Below, in pieces: positions 29,701 to 44,770 of a stretch of 64,000 nt of DNA (positions are counted from its first letter, which is position 1; each line of letters begins with the position of its first letter). The stretch is from the human T2T-CHM13v2.0 reference genome, Homo sapiens. The notes beneath the pieces are model-generated. The model was given only the letters and a program-made list of their open reading frames with translations, made no database searches and was not told where the DNA came from. The DNA lies in the NCBI GenBank assembly GCA_009914755.4, contig CP068257.2, positions 8,288,001-8,352,000 on the forward strand, written 5' to 3'. The position numbers and the translations under genes are program-made.

Positions 29701-32700
29701 TGTGCATGTATGTAGAGAGTTGAACCTTTCATTTGATTTAGCAGTTTGCAAACACTCTTTTAGTAGAATCTGCAAGTAGATATTTGAAGCCCTTGGGGCC
29801 TATTATGGAAAAGGAAATATCTTCACATAAAAACTATGCAAAAGCGTTCTGAGAAACTTCATTGTGATGTGTGCATTCACTTAACAGAGTTGAACCTTTC
29901 TTTGAATTAAGCAGTTTTGAAACACTCTTTCTGTAGAATCTGCAAGTGGATATTCAGAGTGCTTTGTGGCCTACGGTGGAAAAGGTAATATCTTCACATA
30001 AAAACTATGCAAAGCATTCTAAGAAAGTTCTTTGTGATGTGTGCATTCAACTCTCAGAGTTGAACATATTTTTTGATAGAGCAGTTTTGAAACTCTCTTT
30101 TTGTAGAATTTGAAGGGGATATTTGGATTCCTTTGTGGCCTATTGTGGAAAAGGAAATATCTTAACATAAAAAATATACAGAAGCATTCTGAGAAACTTC
30201 TTTGTGATGTGTGCATTCATCTCACAGAGTTGAACCTATCTTTTGATAAAGCAGTTTTGAAACTCTCTTTTTGTAGAATCTGCAAATGGATATTTGGAGC
30301 CCTTCGCAGCCTGTGGTGGAAAAGGAAATATCTTAACATAAAAAGTACACAGAAGCATTCTGAGAAACTTCTTTGTGATGTGTGCATTCATATCATAGTG
30401 TTGAACATTTCATTTGTTTGTGCAGTTTGGAAACATTCTTTTACTAGTATCTGCAAGTGGATATTTCGAGCTATTTTAGGCCTATTGTGGAAAAGGAAAC
30501 ATCTTCACATATAAACTACACAGAAGCATTTTGAGAAACTCCTGTGTGAAGTGTGAATTCACCTCATGGACTTGAACCTTTCTTTGAATTAAGCAGTTTT
30601 GAAACACTCTTTCTGTAGAATCTGCAAGTGGATATTTGGAGCACTTTGAGGCCAATGGTGGAAAAGGAAATATCTTAACATAAAGACTACACAGAAGAAT
30701 TCTGAGAAGTTCTTTGTGATGTTTGCATTCAACACACAGAGTTGAACATATCTTTTGATAGAGCAGTTTTGAAACTCTCTTTTTGTGGAATCTGCAAGTC
30801 GATATTTGGAGCACTTTGTGGCCCATTGTGGAAAAGGAAATATCTTCACATAAAAACTACATAGAAGCATTCTGAGAAACTAATTTGTGATGTGTGCACT
30901 TATCTCACATAGTTGAACCTTTCATTTGATACAGCGGTTTTGAAACACTCTTTTTGCAGAATCTGCAAGTGGATATTGGGAGCGCATTGAGGCCTATGGT
31001 GGAAAAGGAACTATCTTCACATGAAAACTACACAGAAGCATTCTGAGAAACTTCTTCGTGATTTGTGCGTTCTTCTCACAGAAATGAACCTATCTTTTGA
31101 TAGAGCAGTTTTGAAACTCTCTTTTTGTAGAATCTGCGAGTGGATATTTGGAGCCCTTAGAGGCTTATGGTGGAAAAGGAAAAGGAATTATCTTCACATA
31201 AAAACTACACAGTATCATTCTGAGAAACTTGTTTGTGATGTGTGCATTCGTCTCACAGAGTGGAAAATTTCATTTGAATGAGCAGTTTTGAAAAACTCTT
31301 TTTGTAGAATCTGCAAGTGGATATTTGGAGGGCTTAAAGGCCTAATGTTGAAAAGGAAATATCTTCACATTAAATCTACAGAGAAGCATTCAGAGAATCT
31401 TCTTTCTGTTGTGTGCTTTGATCTCACAGTGTTGAACCTGTCTTTTATTCAGAAGTTTGGAAACAGTCTTTTTGCAGAATCTATAAGTGTATATTTGGAG
31501 CACTTTGAGGGCTATGGTGGAGATTGAAATGCCTTCAAATAAAAACTGCACAATAGCCTTCTCAGAAAATTCTTTGTGATGTGTGCATTCAACTCACAGA
31601 GTTAAACCTATCTTCTGTTAGAGCAGTTTTGAAACTCTATTTTTTTGGAGTTTGCAAGTGGATATTTGGAGCTCTTTGAGGCCTATGGTGGAAAAGGAAA
31701 TATATTCACATAAAAACTACTCAGAAGCATTCTCAGAAAGTGCTTTGTGATGTGTGTATTCATCTCACAGAGTTGAACCTTTCTTTTGATTGAGCAATTT
31801 TGAAACACTGTTTTTGTAGAATCTGCAAGTGGGTATTTTGAGCGCTTTGAGGCCTATAGTGGAAAAGGAAATGTCTTCACAAAAAATCTACGCAGAAGAA
31901 TTCTCAGAAACTTTTTTGTGATATGTACATTCATCTCACAGTGTTGAATCTTTCTTTTGATTGGGCAGTTTGGAAACACACTTTTTGTAGAATCTGTAAG
32001 TGGATATTTAGAGTGCTTTGAGGCCTATGTTGGAAAAGGAAATATCTTCCCCTAAAAACGACACAGAAGCATTCCGAGAATCTTCTTATTGATGTGTGAA
32101 TTGAACTCACAGAGTTGAACCCATCTTTAGATAGAGCAGTTTTGAAACTCTCTTTTTGTAGAATCCGCAAGTGAATATTTGGAGCCCTTTGTGGGCGATG
32201 GTGGAAAAGGAAATATCTTCACATAAAAATTACACAGAAGCATTCTGAGAAATTTTTTTGTGATGTGTGCATTCAAATCACAGTGTTGATCCTATCTTTT
32301 GATACAGCAGTTTTGAAACTCTCTTTTTGTAGAATCTTCAAGTGGATATTTGAAGCCCTTTGTGGGCTAAGGTGGAAAAAATATCTTCACATAAACACTA
32401 CATAGAAGCATTCTGACGAACTTTTTTGTGTTGTTTGCATTCAACTCACAGTGTTGAACTAGTCTCTTGATAGAGCAGTTTAGAAACACATTTTTTGTAG
32501 AATCTGCAAGTGGATGTTTGGAGTGCTTTGAGTCCTGTTGTGGAAAAGGCAATATCTTCACATAAAAACTACACAGTAGCATTCTGAGAAACTTCTTTGT
32601 AATGTGTGCATTCAACTGACAGAGTTGCAGCTGTCTTTTGGTGGAGCAGTTTTGAAACTCCCTTTTTGTAGGATCTGCAAGTGGATATCTGGATCCCTTT

Positions 32701-35700
32701 ACAACCTTCTGTGGAAAAATAAGTATCTTCACATAAAAGCTACTCAGAAGCATTCTGAGAAACTTCTTATTGATGTGTGCTTTCATCTCAGAGAATTGAA
32801 TATTTCTTTTGATGAGCAGTTTGGAATCACAGTTTTTGTAGAATCTGCAAGTAGATATTTGGAGCGCTTTGTGTCCTATGGTGGAAAAGGAAATATCTTC
32901 AGATAAAAACTAAACAGAAGCATTCAGAGAAATTTCTTTGTCATGTGTGCATTCATCTCACAGAGTTGAAACTTTCTTTTGATTGAGCAGTTTTGAAACA
33001 ATCTTTATGTACAATCTGCAAGTGGATACTTGGAGAGCTTTGAGGCCTATGGTGGAAAAGAAAATATCTTTTCTAAAAACTACACAGAAACTTTCAGAGA
33101 AACTTCTTTGTGATGTGTGCATTCATCTAAAGTGTTGAAGGTTTCCTTTGATTGAGCAGTTTTGAAACACTCTTTTTGTAGAATGTGCAAGTGGATATTT
33201 GGAGCGATTTGGAGCCTATTGTGGAAATTGAAATATCTTCCCATAAATCTACACAGAAGCATTCTGAGAAACTTCTTTTTGATGTGTGCATTCAACTCAG
33301 AGTTGAAACTATCTTTTGATTGAGCAGTTTAGAATCTTTATGTAGAATCTGCAAGTGGATATTTGGAGCCCTATGAGCCCTATGGTGGAAAAGGAAATGT
33401 CTTCAAATACAAAATACACAGAAGCATTCAGAGAAACTTCTTTGTGATGAGTGCCTTCATCACACAGACTTGAACCTTTCTTTGGATTGAGTAGTTTTGA
33501 AAGACTCTTTTCGTAGAATCTGCAAGTGAATATTTGGAGGGCTTTGAGGCTTATTTTGGAGAAGGAGATATTTTCATATAAAAACTACACAGAAGCATTC
33601 TGAGAAACATCTTTGTGATGTGTGCATTCAAGTCACGGAGGTGAACCTATCTTTTGATGGAGCAGTTTTGAATCTCTCTTCTTGTAGATTCTGAAAGTAG
33701 ATATTTGGAGCACTTTGAGGTCTACTGTGGAAAATCAAATATCTTCACATAAGAACTACACAAAAGGATTCTGAAAAACTATTTTGTGATGTGTGCATTC
33801 AACTCACAGAGTTGAACTTATCTTTTGAATGAGGAGATTTGAAACTCTCCTTTTGCAGAATCTGCAAGTGGACATTTGAAGCCCTTTGAGGCTTACTATA
33901 AAAAAGCAAGTATCTTCACATAAGAATTAAACAGAAGCATTCTGAGAAACTACTTTGTGATGTGTGCATTCAACTCACAGAGTTGAACCTATCTTTTGAT
34001 TGAGCAGTTTAAAATATTTTTTTTTGTAGAATCAGCAAGTGGATATTTGGAGCCCTTTGCTACCTTTGGTGGAAAAGGAAATACCTTCAAATAAAAACTA
34101 CATAGAAGCATTCTGAAAAATTTCTTGGTGATGTGTGCATTCTTCTCACAGGGTTGAACCTATCTAATGACTGAGCAGTCTTGAAACACTCATTTTGTAG
34201 AAACTGCAAGTGGATATTTGGTGCGCTTTGAGGGCTTCGTGGAAAAGCAAATATCTTCACATAAAAACTACACAGAAGCATTCTGAGAAACTTCTGCGTG
34301 ATGTGTGCATTCATCTCACAGTGTTGGACGTTTCTTTTGATTGAGCAGTTTTGAAACACTCTTTTTGTAGAATCTGCAAGTGGATATTTGGAGCGCTTTG
34401 AGGCCTAATGTGGAAAATCAAATATCTTCACATAAAAACTACACAGAGGCATTCTGAGAAACTTCTTTGTTTTGTGTGCATTCAACTCACATAGTTGAAG
34501 TTATCTTTTGATTGAGATGCTTTGAATCTCCTTTTTGCAAAATCTGCACGTGGATATTTGGAGCCCTATTTCACCCTATAGTGGAAAAGCAGATATCTTC
34601 ACATAAACAAACACTACACAGAAGCATTCAGAGAAAGTTCTTTGTGATGTGTGCATTGAACATGCAGAATTGAAACTATCTTTTCATTGTACAGTTTTGA
34701 ATATCTCTTTTTGTAGAATCTGCAAGTGGAAGTTTGGAGCTCTTTGCACCCTGTGGTGTAGAAGTAAATATGTTCATATAAAAACTACACAGAAGCATTC
34801 AGAGAGACTTCTTTGTGATGAATGCATTCCTCACACAGAGTTTAATCTTTCTTTTTATTGAGTACTATTGAAATCTTCTTTTTGCAGAATCATCAAGTGG
34901 ATATTTGGAGAGCTTTGAGGCCTGTTTTGGAAAAGGAAATATCTTCAAATTAAAACTACACAGAAGCATTCTGAGAAACTTCTGTGGGATGTGTGCATTC
35001 AGCTCTCAGAGTTGAACCTATCTTATGATTGAGCAGTTTGGAAACACTCTTTTTGTAGAATCTGCAAGTGGATACTTAGAGCGATTTGAGGTCTACTGTG
35101 GAAAAGGAAATATCTTCACATAAAAACAACACAGAAGCACTCTGAGAAACTTCTTTGTGATGTGTGAATTCAACTCACAGAGCTGAACCTATCTTTTGAT
35201 GGAGTAGTTTAGAATCTCTCTTTTTTTAGAATCTGCAAGTGGATATTTGGAGTGCTTTGAGACCTACTGTGGAAAAGCAAATATCTTCACATAAAAACTA
35301 GACAGAAGCATTCTGAGATACATCTTTGTGATGTGTGCATTCATCTCATAGTGTTAAACCTTTCTTTTGATGGTTCAGTTTTGAAACACTCTTTTTGTAG
35401 AATCTGGAAGTGGATATTGGGAGCCCTTTGAGGCCTATGGTGGAAAAGGAAATATCTTCAAATAAAAACTACACAGAAGCATTCTGAGAAACTTCTTTGT
35501 GATGTGTACATTCATCTCACAGAGTTGAAACTTTCTTTTGATTGAGCAGTTTTGAAACACCACTTTTGTAGAATCTGGAAGTTGATATTTGCAGGGCTTT
35601 GAGGTCTATTTTGGAAAAGAAAATATCTTCACTTAAAAACTACGCAGAAATATTGTGAGAAACTTCTTTGTTAAGTGTGCATTCAACTCACAGAGTTGAA

Positions 35701-38700
35701 CCTATCTTTTGATTGAGCAGTTTTGAATCTCTCATTTTGCAGAATCTGCAAATGGATATTTGGAGCCCTTTGCTATCTATGGTGGAAAAGGAAATACCTT
35801 CAAACAAAAACTACACAGAGGCATTCTGAGAAACTTCTTTGTGATTGTGCATTCAACTCAAAAAGTTAAACCTATCTTATGATTGACCAGTTTGGGAACA
35901 CTCTTTTCATAGGATCTGCAAGTGGATATTTGGCGTCCTTTGAGGTCTATCGTGGAAAAGCAAATAACTTCAGATAAAAACTATACAGAAGCATTCTGAG
36001 AAACTTCTTTGTGATGTGTGCATTGATCTCACAAAGTTGAAACTTTATTTTGATTGAGCAGTTTTGAAACACTCTTTTTGTAGAATCTGCAAGTGGATAA
36101 TTGGGGAGATTTGAGGAATATTGTGGAAAAGCAAATATCTTCCGATAAAAACTACACAGAAGCCTTCTGAGAAACATCTTTGTGAGGTTTGCATTCAACT
36201 CACAGAGTAGAAGCTATCTTTTGATTGAGGAGTTTTGAATCTCTCTTTTTTCAGAATCTGCAAGTGGATATTTGGAGCGCTTTGAGGCCTACTTTTGAAA
36301 ATCAAATATCTTCCCTTAAAAACTACACAGAAGCATTCTCAGAAATTGTTTGTCATGTGTGCTTCCTAATCACCGAGTTGAACCTATCTTGTGATTGAGC
36401 AGTTTTGAATCTCCCTTTTTGTAGAATCTACAAGTGGATATTTTTAGTCCTTTGTAGACTGTGGTGGAAAAGAAATTATCTTGAAATCAATTCTACACAG
36501 AAGCATTCAGACAAACTTCTTTGTGATGAGTGCATTCGTCACACAGAGTTGATCCTTTCCTTTGATTGAGCAACTCTGAAACACTCTTTTAGAGGGTCTG
36601 CAAGTGGATATTTTAGAGCTTTGGGACAATTGTGGAAAAGTAAATATCTTCACATAAAAACTACACAGAAGCATTCTGAGAAACTTCTTTGTGAGATGTG
36701 CATTCAACTCACAGAGTTGAACCTATCTTTTCATTGAGCAGTTTTGAATCTCTCTTTTTGTAGACTCTGCTTGCGGATATTTGGAGAGCTTTGAGGCCTA
36801 TTGTGGAAAAGGAAATATCTTCACATAAAAACACACAGAAGCGTTCTGAGAAACTTCTTTGTGAGGTGTGCATTCAACCACAGAGTTGAACCTATCTTTT
36901 GATTGAGCAGTTTTGAATCTCTCTTTTTGTAGAAGCTGCATGTGGCTATTTGGAGACGTTTGTGGCCTATGGTGGAAAAGGAAATACCTTCAAATAAAAA
37001 CTAGACAGAAGCATTCTGAGAAACTTCTTTGTGAGGTGTGCATTCAACCACAGAGTTAAACCTATCTTTTGATTGAGCAGTTTTGAATCTCTCTTTTTGT
37101 ACCATCTGCAAGTGGATATTTGGAGCCCTTTGTGGTCTATGGTGGAAAAGGAACTATCCTCAAATAAAAACTACACAGAAGTATTCTGAGAAACTTCTTC
37201 GTGATGTGTGCATTCATCTCACAGAGTTGAACCTTTGTTTTGCTTGAGCAGTTTTGAGACCATCTTTCCATAGGATCTGGAAGTGAATATTTGGAGGGCT
37301 TTGAGATCTATTTTGGAGAAGGAGATATCTTCATATAAAAACTATACAGAAGCATTCTGAGAAACATCTTTGTGAGGTGTGCACTGAAGTCACAGAGTTA
37401 AAACTACCTTTTGATTCAGCAGTTTTGAATCTCTCTTTTTGCAGAATCTGTGAGTGAATATTTGGAGCGCTTTGTGGCCTACTGTGGAAAACCAAATATC
37501 TTCACATAAAAACTACACAGAAGCATTCTGAGAAACTTCTTTGTGATGTGGTCTTTCAACTAATAGAGTTGAACCTATCTTTCGATTGAGCAGTTTTGAA
37601 TCTCTCTTTTTGCAGAATCTGCAAGTGGATATTTGGAGAACTTTGAGGTCTACTGTGGAAAATCAAATATCTTCCCATAAAAACTGCACAGAAGCATTCT
37701 GAGAAACTTCTTTGTCATACGTACATTCACAGGGTTGATCCTATTTTATTATTGAGCACTTTTGAAACACTCTTTTTGTAGAATCTGCAAGTGAATATTT
37801 GGAGCTCATTGGGGCCTACTGTGGAAAAACCAATATCTTCACATAAAAACTACACAGAAGCATTCTGAGAAACTTCTTTGTGATGTGTGCATTCAACACA
37901 CAGACTCGAACATATTTTTTGGTTGAACAGTTTCGAATCTCTCTTTTTGCAGAATCTGCAAGTGGATATTTGGAGAGATTTGGGGCTGATTTTGGAAAAG
38001 GAAATATCTTCATTAAAAAACTACACAGAAGCATTCTGAGAAACTTCTTTGTGAGGTGTGCATTTAACTCGCAGAGTTGAACTAATCTTTTCATTGAGTA
38101 CTTTTGAATCTCTCTTTTTGTAGAATCTGCAAGTGGATATTTGGAGCCCTTAGTGCCCTATGGTGGAAAAGAAAATATCTTCACATAAATAGTACACAGA
38201 AGAATTCAGAGAAAATTTTTTGTGATTAATTCATTCCTCAAACAGGGTTGAACCTTTCTTTTTATTGAGCAGTTTTGAAACGCCCTTTTTGCAGAATCAA
38301 TTTGGAGAGTTTTGAGGCCTATTGTGGAAAGATATATCCTAAAATAAAAAATACACAGAAGCATTCTGAGAAACTTCATTGTTTTGTGTGCATTCAACTC
38401 ACAGAGTTGAACCTATCTATTGATTGAGCAGTTTTGAAAAACTCTTTTTGTAGAAACTGCAAGTGGATATTTGGAGCCCTTTGTGCCCTGTGGTGGAAAA
38501 GGAAATATCTTCGAATAAAAACTACACAGAAGCATTCAAAGAAACTTCCTTGTGAAGTGTGCATTCATCTCACAGAGTTGAACTTTTCTTTTGATTGAGC
38601 AGTTTTGAAACACTCTTTCTGTAGAATCGGCAAGTGGATATTTGGAGCTATTTGAGGCCTACTGTGGAAAAGGAAATATCTTCACATAAAAACTACACAG

Positions 38701-41700
38701 AAGCATTCTAAGAAACTTATTTGTGATGTGTGCTTTCACTTCACAGAGTTGAACCTATCTTTTGATTGAGCAGTTTTGAAACTCTCTTTTTGTGGAATCT
38801 GCAAGTGGATATTTGGAGCCCTTTGCAGCCTATGGTGGAAAAGGAAATATTTTCAAATAAATAATACACAGAAGCATTCAGAGAAACTTCTTCGTGGTGA
38901 GTACATTCATCACAGAGAGTTGAACCTTTCCTTTGATTGAGCAGTTTTGAAACACTCTTTTTTCAGGATCTGTAGGTGGATATTTTAGTGTTTTGAGGCC
39001 AAATGTGGAAAATCAAATATCTTCACATAAAAACTACACAGAAACATTCTGGGAAACTTCTTAGGGAGGTGTGCATTCAACTCACAGAGTTGAACCTATC
39101 TTTTCATTGAGCAGCATTGAGTCTCTCTTTCTGTAGAATCTGCAAGTGAATATTTGGAGAGATTTGAGGCCTATTGTGGAAAAGGAAATATCTTCACATA
39201 AAAACTACACAAAAGCATTCTGAGAAACTTCTTTGTGAGGTATGCATTGAACTCACAGAATTGAACCTATCTTTCGATTGAGCCGTTTAGATTATCTCTT
39301 TTTGTAGAATCTGCAAGTGGATATTTGGAACCCTTAGCAGCCTATGGTGGAAAAGGAAATATCATCAAATAAAAACTACACAGAAGCATTCTGAGAAACA
39401 TCTTTATGATGTTTGCATTCATCTCACAGGGTGGAACCTGTCTTTTGATTGAGTAGTTTAGAATCTCTCTTTTTGTAGAATCTGCAAGTGGTTATTTGAG
39501 GCCCTATTTCACCCAATAGTGGAAAAGCAAATATCTTCAAATAAAAACTACACAGAAGCATTCAGAGAAACTACTTTGTGATGAGTGCATTCATCACACA
39601 GAGTTGAACGATTGTTTTGATTGATCAGTTTTGAGACATTCTTTCCGTAGAATCTGAAAGTGAATATTTGGAGGGCTTTGAGTACTATTTTGGAGAAGGA
39701 GATATCTTCATATAAAAACTACACAGAAGCATTCTGAGAAACTTCTTTGTGAGGTGTGCATTGAACTCAAAAAGTTGAATCTATCTTTTGATTCAGCAGT
39801 TTTGAATCTCTCTTTTTTGCAGAATCTGAGAGTGGATATTTGGAGCTCTTTGAGACCTACTGTGGAAAATCAAATATCTTCACATAAAAACTACACAAAA
39901 GTATTCTGGGAAACCTCTTTGTGATTAGTACACTCATGTCACAGAATTGATACTTTCTTTTGATAGAGATGTTTTGAAACACTGTTTTTGTAGAATCTAC
40001 AAAGGGTTATTTGGTGGAAAAGGAAATATCCTCAAATAAAAACTACACAGAAACATTCTGAGAAACTTCATTGTGATGTGTGCATTCAACTCACGGAGTT
40101 GAACCTATTTTTTGATTGAGCAGTTTTGAATCTCTCTTTTTGTAGAATCTGCAAGTGGATATTTGGAGCCCTTAGTGCCCTGTGGTGGACAAGGAAATAT
40201 TTTCAAATAAAAACTACAAAGAAGCATTCAGAGAAACTTCCTTGCGATGTGTGCATTCATCTCACAGAGTTGAAACTTTCTTTTGACTGAGCAGTTTTGA
40301 AACACTCGTTCTGTAGAATCTGCAAGAGGATATTTGGAGCACTTTGAGACCTACATTGGAAAATCAAATATCTTCCATAAAAACTACACAGAAGCATTCT
40401 GAGAAACTTCTTTGTCATGTGTGCTTTCAAATCACATAGTTGAACCTATCTTTTGAATGAGCAGTTTTTAATCTCTCTTTTTGAAGAATCTGCAAGTGGA
40501 TATTTGGAGCCCTTTTTGACCTATGGTAGAAAAGGAAATATCTTCAAATAAAAACTACACAGAAGCATTCTGAGAAACTTCTTTGAGATGTGTGCATTCG
40601 TCTTTCGGGAATGAACCTATCTTATGATTGAGCAGTTTTGAAACATTCTTTTTGTAGTATCTTCAAGTTTATATTTAGAGCCCTTAGAGGCCTCCGTGGA
40701 AAAGCAAATATCCTCACATTAAAACTACACAGAAGCATTCTGAGAAACTTCTTTGTGTTGTGTGTATTCATCTCACAGAGTTGAAACTTTCTTTTGATTC
40801 AGCACTTTTGAAACACTCTTTTTGTATAATCTTCAAGTGGATAATTGGAGCCTTTTGAGGCCTATTGTGGAAAAGGAAATATCTGCACATAAAAACTATG
40901 CAGAAGAATTCTGAGAAACTTCTTTGTGAGGTTTGCTTTCAACTCACAGAGTTGAACATATCTTTTAATTGAGTAGTTTTGAATCTCCCTTTTTGCCGTA
41001 TCTGCAAGTGGATATTTGGAGCACTTTGAGGCCTACTGTGGAAAATCAATTATCTTCCCATAAAAACTACACAGAAGTAGTCTGAGACACTTCTTTGTGA
41101 TGTGTGCTTTCAACTCACAGTGTCAGACATATCTTTTGAATGAACAGTTTTGAATCTCTCTTTTTGAAGTATCTGCAAGTGGATATTTGGAGAGCTTTGA
41201 GACCTATTTTGGAAAAGGAAAGACCTTCACATAAAAACTACACAGAAGCATTCTGAGAAACTTCTTTGTGAGTTGTGCATTCAACTCACAGAGCTGGACT
41301 TATCTTGTCATTGAGCACTTTTGAATCTCTTTTTGTAGAATCTGCAAGTGGATATTTTGAGCCCTTTGTGCCCTATGGTGGAATAGGAAATATCTTCAAA
41401 TAAAAACTACACAGAAGCATTCTGAGAAAATTGTTTCTGATGAGTGCATTCATCACACAGAGTTGAACCTTTATTTTTATTGAGCAGTTTTGAAACACTC
41501 TTTTTGCAGAATCAGCAAGTGGATATTTGGAGAGCTTTGAGGCCTGTTGTGGAAAAGGAAATATCTTCAAATAAAAACTACACCGAAGCATTCTGAGAAA
41601 CTTCTTTGTGATGTGTGCATTCATATCACAGGTTTGAACCTAACTTATGATTGAGCAGTTTTGAAACTCTCTTTTTGTAGAATCTACAAGTAGATATTTG

Positions 41701-44700
41701 GAGCGATTTGAGGCCTATTGTAGAAAAGGAAATGTCATCAAATAAATACTACACAGAAGCATTCAGAAAAACTTTTATGTTATGAGTGCATTCATCACAC
41801 AGAGTTGAACCTTTCCTTTGACTGAACAGTTTTGAAACACTCTTTTTGCAGAATCTGCAAGTGCATATTTTAGAGCTTTGAGGTCAATTGTGGAAAAGGA
41901 AATATCTTCACATAAAAACTACACAGAAGCATTCTGAGATACTTCTTCGTGATGTGTGCATTCACCTCACTGGATTATACCTATCTTATGATTGAGCAGT
42001 TTAGAAACACTCTTTTTGTAGAATATGCAAGTGTATATTTGGAACACATTGGGGCCTACCGTGGAAAAGGAAATATCTTCACATAAAAACTACACAAAAG
42101 CATTCTGAGAAACTTCTTTTTGATGTGTGCATTCATCTCACAGAAATGAAACTTTCTTTTCATTGAGCAGTTTTGAAAAACTATATTTGTAGAATCTGCA
42201 AGTGGATATTTGGAGAGCTTTGAGGCCTATTTTGGAAAAAGAAATATCTTCACATAAAAACTACACAGAAGCATTCTGAGAAACTTCTTTGTGAGGTGTG
42301 CACTCACGGATTTGAAATTTTCCTTTCATTGAGCACTTTTGAATCTCTCTTTTTCTAGAATCTGCAAGTGGATATTTGGAGCTCTTTGCACCCTGTGTTG
42401 GAAAAGGAAATATCTTCAAATAAAAACTACACATAAGCATTCTGAGAAACTTCTTTGTATTGAGTGCATTCATCACACAGAGTTGAATGTTTCCTTTGAT
42501 TGAACAGTTTTGAAACACTCTTTTCGTATAATCTGGAAGTGGATATTTGGAGGGCTTTGAGGACTATTTTGGAAAAGGAAATATCTTCACATAAAAACTA
42601 CACAGAAGCATTCTGAGAAACTTCTTTTTTATTTGTGCATTCAACTCACAGAGTTGAATCTATCTTTTGATTGAGCCATTTGGAATCTTTCTTTTGTAGA
42701 ATCTGCTAGTGAATATTTGGAGACCTTTGTGGCCTATTGGGGAAAAGGAAATATCTTCAAATAAAAACTACACAGAAGAATTCTGGGAAACTTCTTTGTG
42801 ATGTGTGCATTCAGCTCACACGTTTGAACCTATCTTATGATTGAGCAGTTTTCAATCTCTCTTTTTGTAGACTATGCAAGTGGATATTTGGAGCCCTTTG
42901 TGCCCTATGGTTGAAAAGGAAATATCTTCAAATAAAAACTACACAGAAGCATTCAGAGAAACGCCTTGGTGATGAGTGCATTGATCACAAAGAGTTTAAA
43001 GTTTCTTTTGACTGAGCAGTTTTGGTACACTCTTTTTGTAGAAACTCAAAGTAGCTATTTGGAGGGCTTTGAGGCCTATTTTGGGAAAAGATATATCTTA
43101 ATATAAAAACTACACAGAATTATTCTGAGAAACTCCTTTATTATGTGTGCATTCAACACACAGAGTTGAGCCTATCTTTTGATTGAGTCATTTGGAATCT
43201 CTCTTTTGTAGAATCTGCTAGTGAATATTTGGAGACCTTTGTGGCCTATTGTGGAAAAGGAAATATCTTCAAATAAAAACTACACAGAAGCATTCAGAGA
43301 AACACCTTGGTGATGAGTGCATTGATCACAAAGAGTTTAAAGTTTCTTTTGACTGAGCAGTTTTGGTACACTCTTTTTGTAGAAACTCAAAGTAGCTATT
43401 TGGAGGGCTTTGAGGCCTATTTTGGGAAAAGATATATCTTAATATAAAAACTACACAGAATTATTCTGAGAAACTCCTTTATTATGTGTGCATTCAACAC
43501 ACAGAGTTGAGCCTATCTTTTGATTGAGCCATTTGGAATCTCTCTTTTGTAGAATCTGCTAGTGAATATTTGGAGACCTTTGTGGCCTATTGTGGAAAAG
43601 GAAATATCTTCAAATAAAAACTACACAGAAGCATTCAGAGAAACACCTTGGTGATGAGTGCATTGATCACAAAGAGTTTAAAGTTTCTTTTGACTGAGCA
43701 GTTTTGGTACACTCTTTTTGTAGAAACTCAAAGTAGCTATTTGGAGGGCTTTGAGGTCTATTTTGGGAAAAGATATATCTTAATATAAAAACTACACAGA
43801 ATTATTCTGAGAAACTCCTTTATTATGTGTGCATTCAACACACAGAGTTGAGCCTATCTTTTGATTGAGCCATTTGGAATCTCTCTTTTGTAGAATCTGC
43901 TAGTGAATATTTGGAGACCTTTGTGGCCTATTGTGGAAAAGGAAATATCTTCAAATAAAAACTACACAGAAGAATTCTGGGAAACTTCTTTGTGATGTGT
44001 GCATTCAACTCACAGAGTCGAACCCATCTTTTGATTGAGCAGTTTTGCATCTCTCTTTTTGCAGAACCTGCAAGTGGATATTTGGAGTGCTTTGAGGCCT
44101 ATAGTGGAAAAGGAAATATCTTCACATAAAAACTACACAGAGGAATTCTGAGAAAATACTTTGTGATGTGTGCATTCAACTCACAGAGTTGAACCTACTT
44201 TTGATTGAGCAGTTTAGAATCTCTGTTTTTGCAGAATCTGCAATTGGATATTTGGAGCGATTTGAGGCCTATTGTGGAAAAGGAAATATCTTCACATAAA
44301 AACTACACAGAGGCATTCTGAGAAAATACTTTGTGATGTGTGCCTTCAACTCACAGAGTTGAACCTATCTTTTGATTGAGCAGTTTTGAATCTCTCTTTT
44401 TGTAGCATCTGCAGGTGGATATTTGGAGCCCTTTGTGGCCTACAGTGGAAAAGGAAATATCTTCAAATAAAAACTAAAAAGAATCATTCCGGGAAAAGTC
44501 TTTGTGATGAGTGCATTCATCACAAAGTGTTGAATCTCTCTCTTGACTGAGTAATTTGGAAACACTCTTTTTGTAGAATCTGGAAGTGGATATTTGAAAA
44601 GCTTTGTGGTCTATTTTGGAAAAGGAAATATCTTCAGATAAAAACTACACAGAAGCTTTCTGGGAAACTTCGTTGTTAGCTGTGCATTCAAGTCACAGAT

Positions 44701-44770
44701 TTTAACCTATCTTTTGATAGAGCAGTTTTGAAACTCGCTTTTTGTAGAATCCGCAAGTGGATATTTGGAG
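26701..44770 (+). repeat. Alpha satellite, plus orientation, class X, mostly monomeric (about 105 monomers)
   Basis: Monomers are of the form ...ctctttttgtagaatctgcaagtggatatttggagc.ctttg.ggcctatggtggaaaaggaaatatcttcacataaaaactacacagaagcattctgagaaacttctttgtgatgtgtgcattca.ctcacagagttgaacc. The pJalpha motif occupies the CENP-B box position, and no CENP-B box is present. Confidence 0.95.
42951..43973 (+). repeat. Three tandem near-identical copies of a 341-bp alpha dimer (recent local amplification)
   Basis: attcagagaaac[g/a]ccttggtgatgagtgcattgatcacaaagagtttaaagtttcttttgactgagcagttttggtacactctttttgtagaaactcaaagtagctatttggagggctttgagg recurs at 42951, 43292 and 43633 with only a handful of differences. 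A more diverged relative of the second monomer lies just upstream (42620-42790). Confidence 0.88.
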
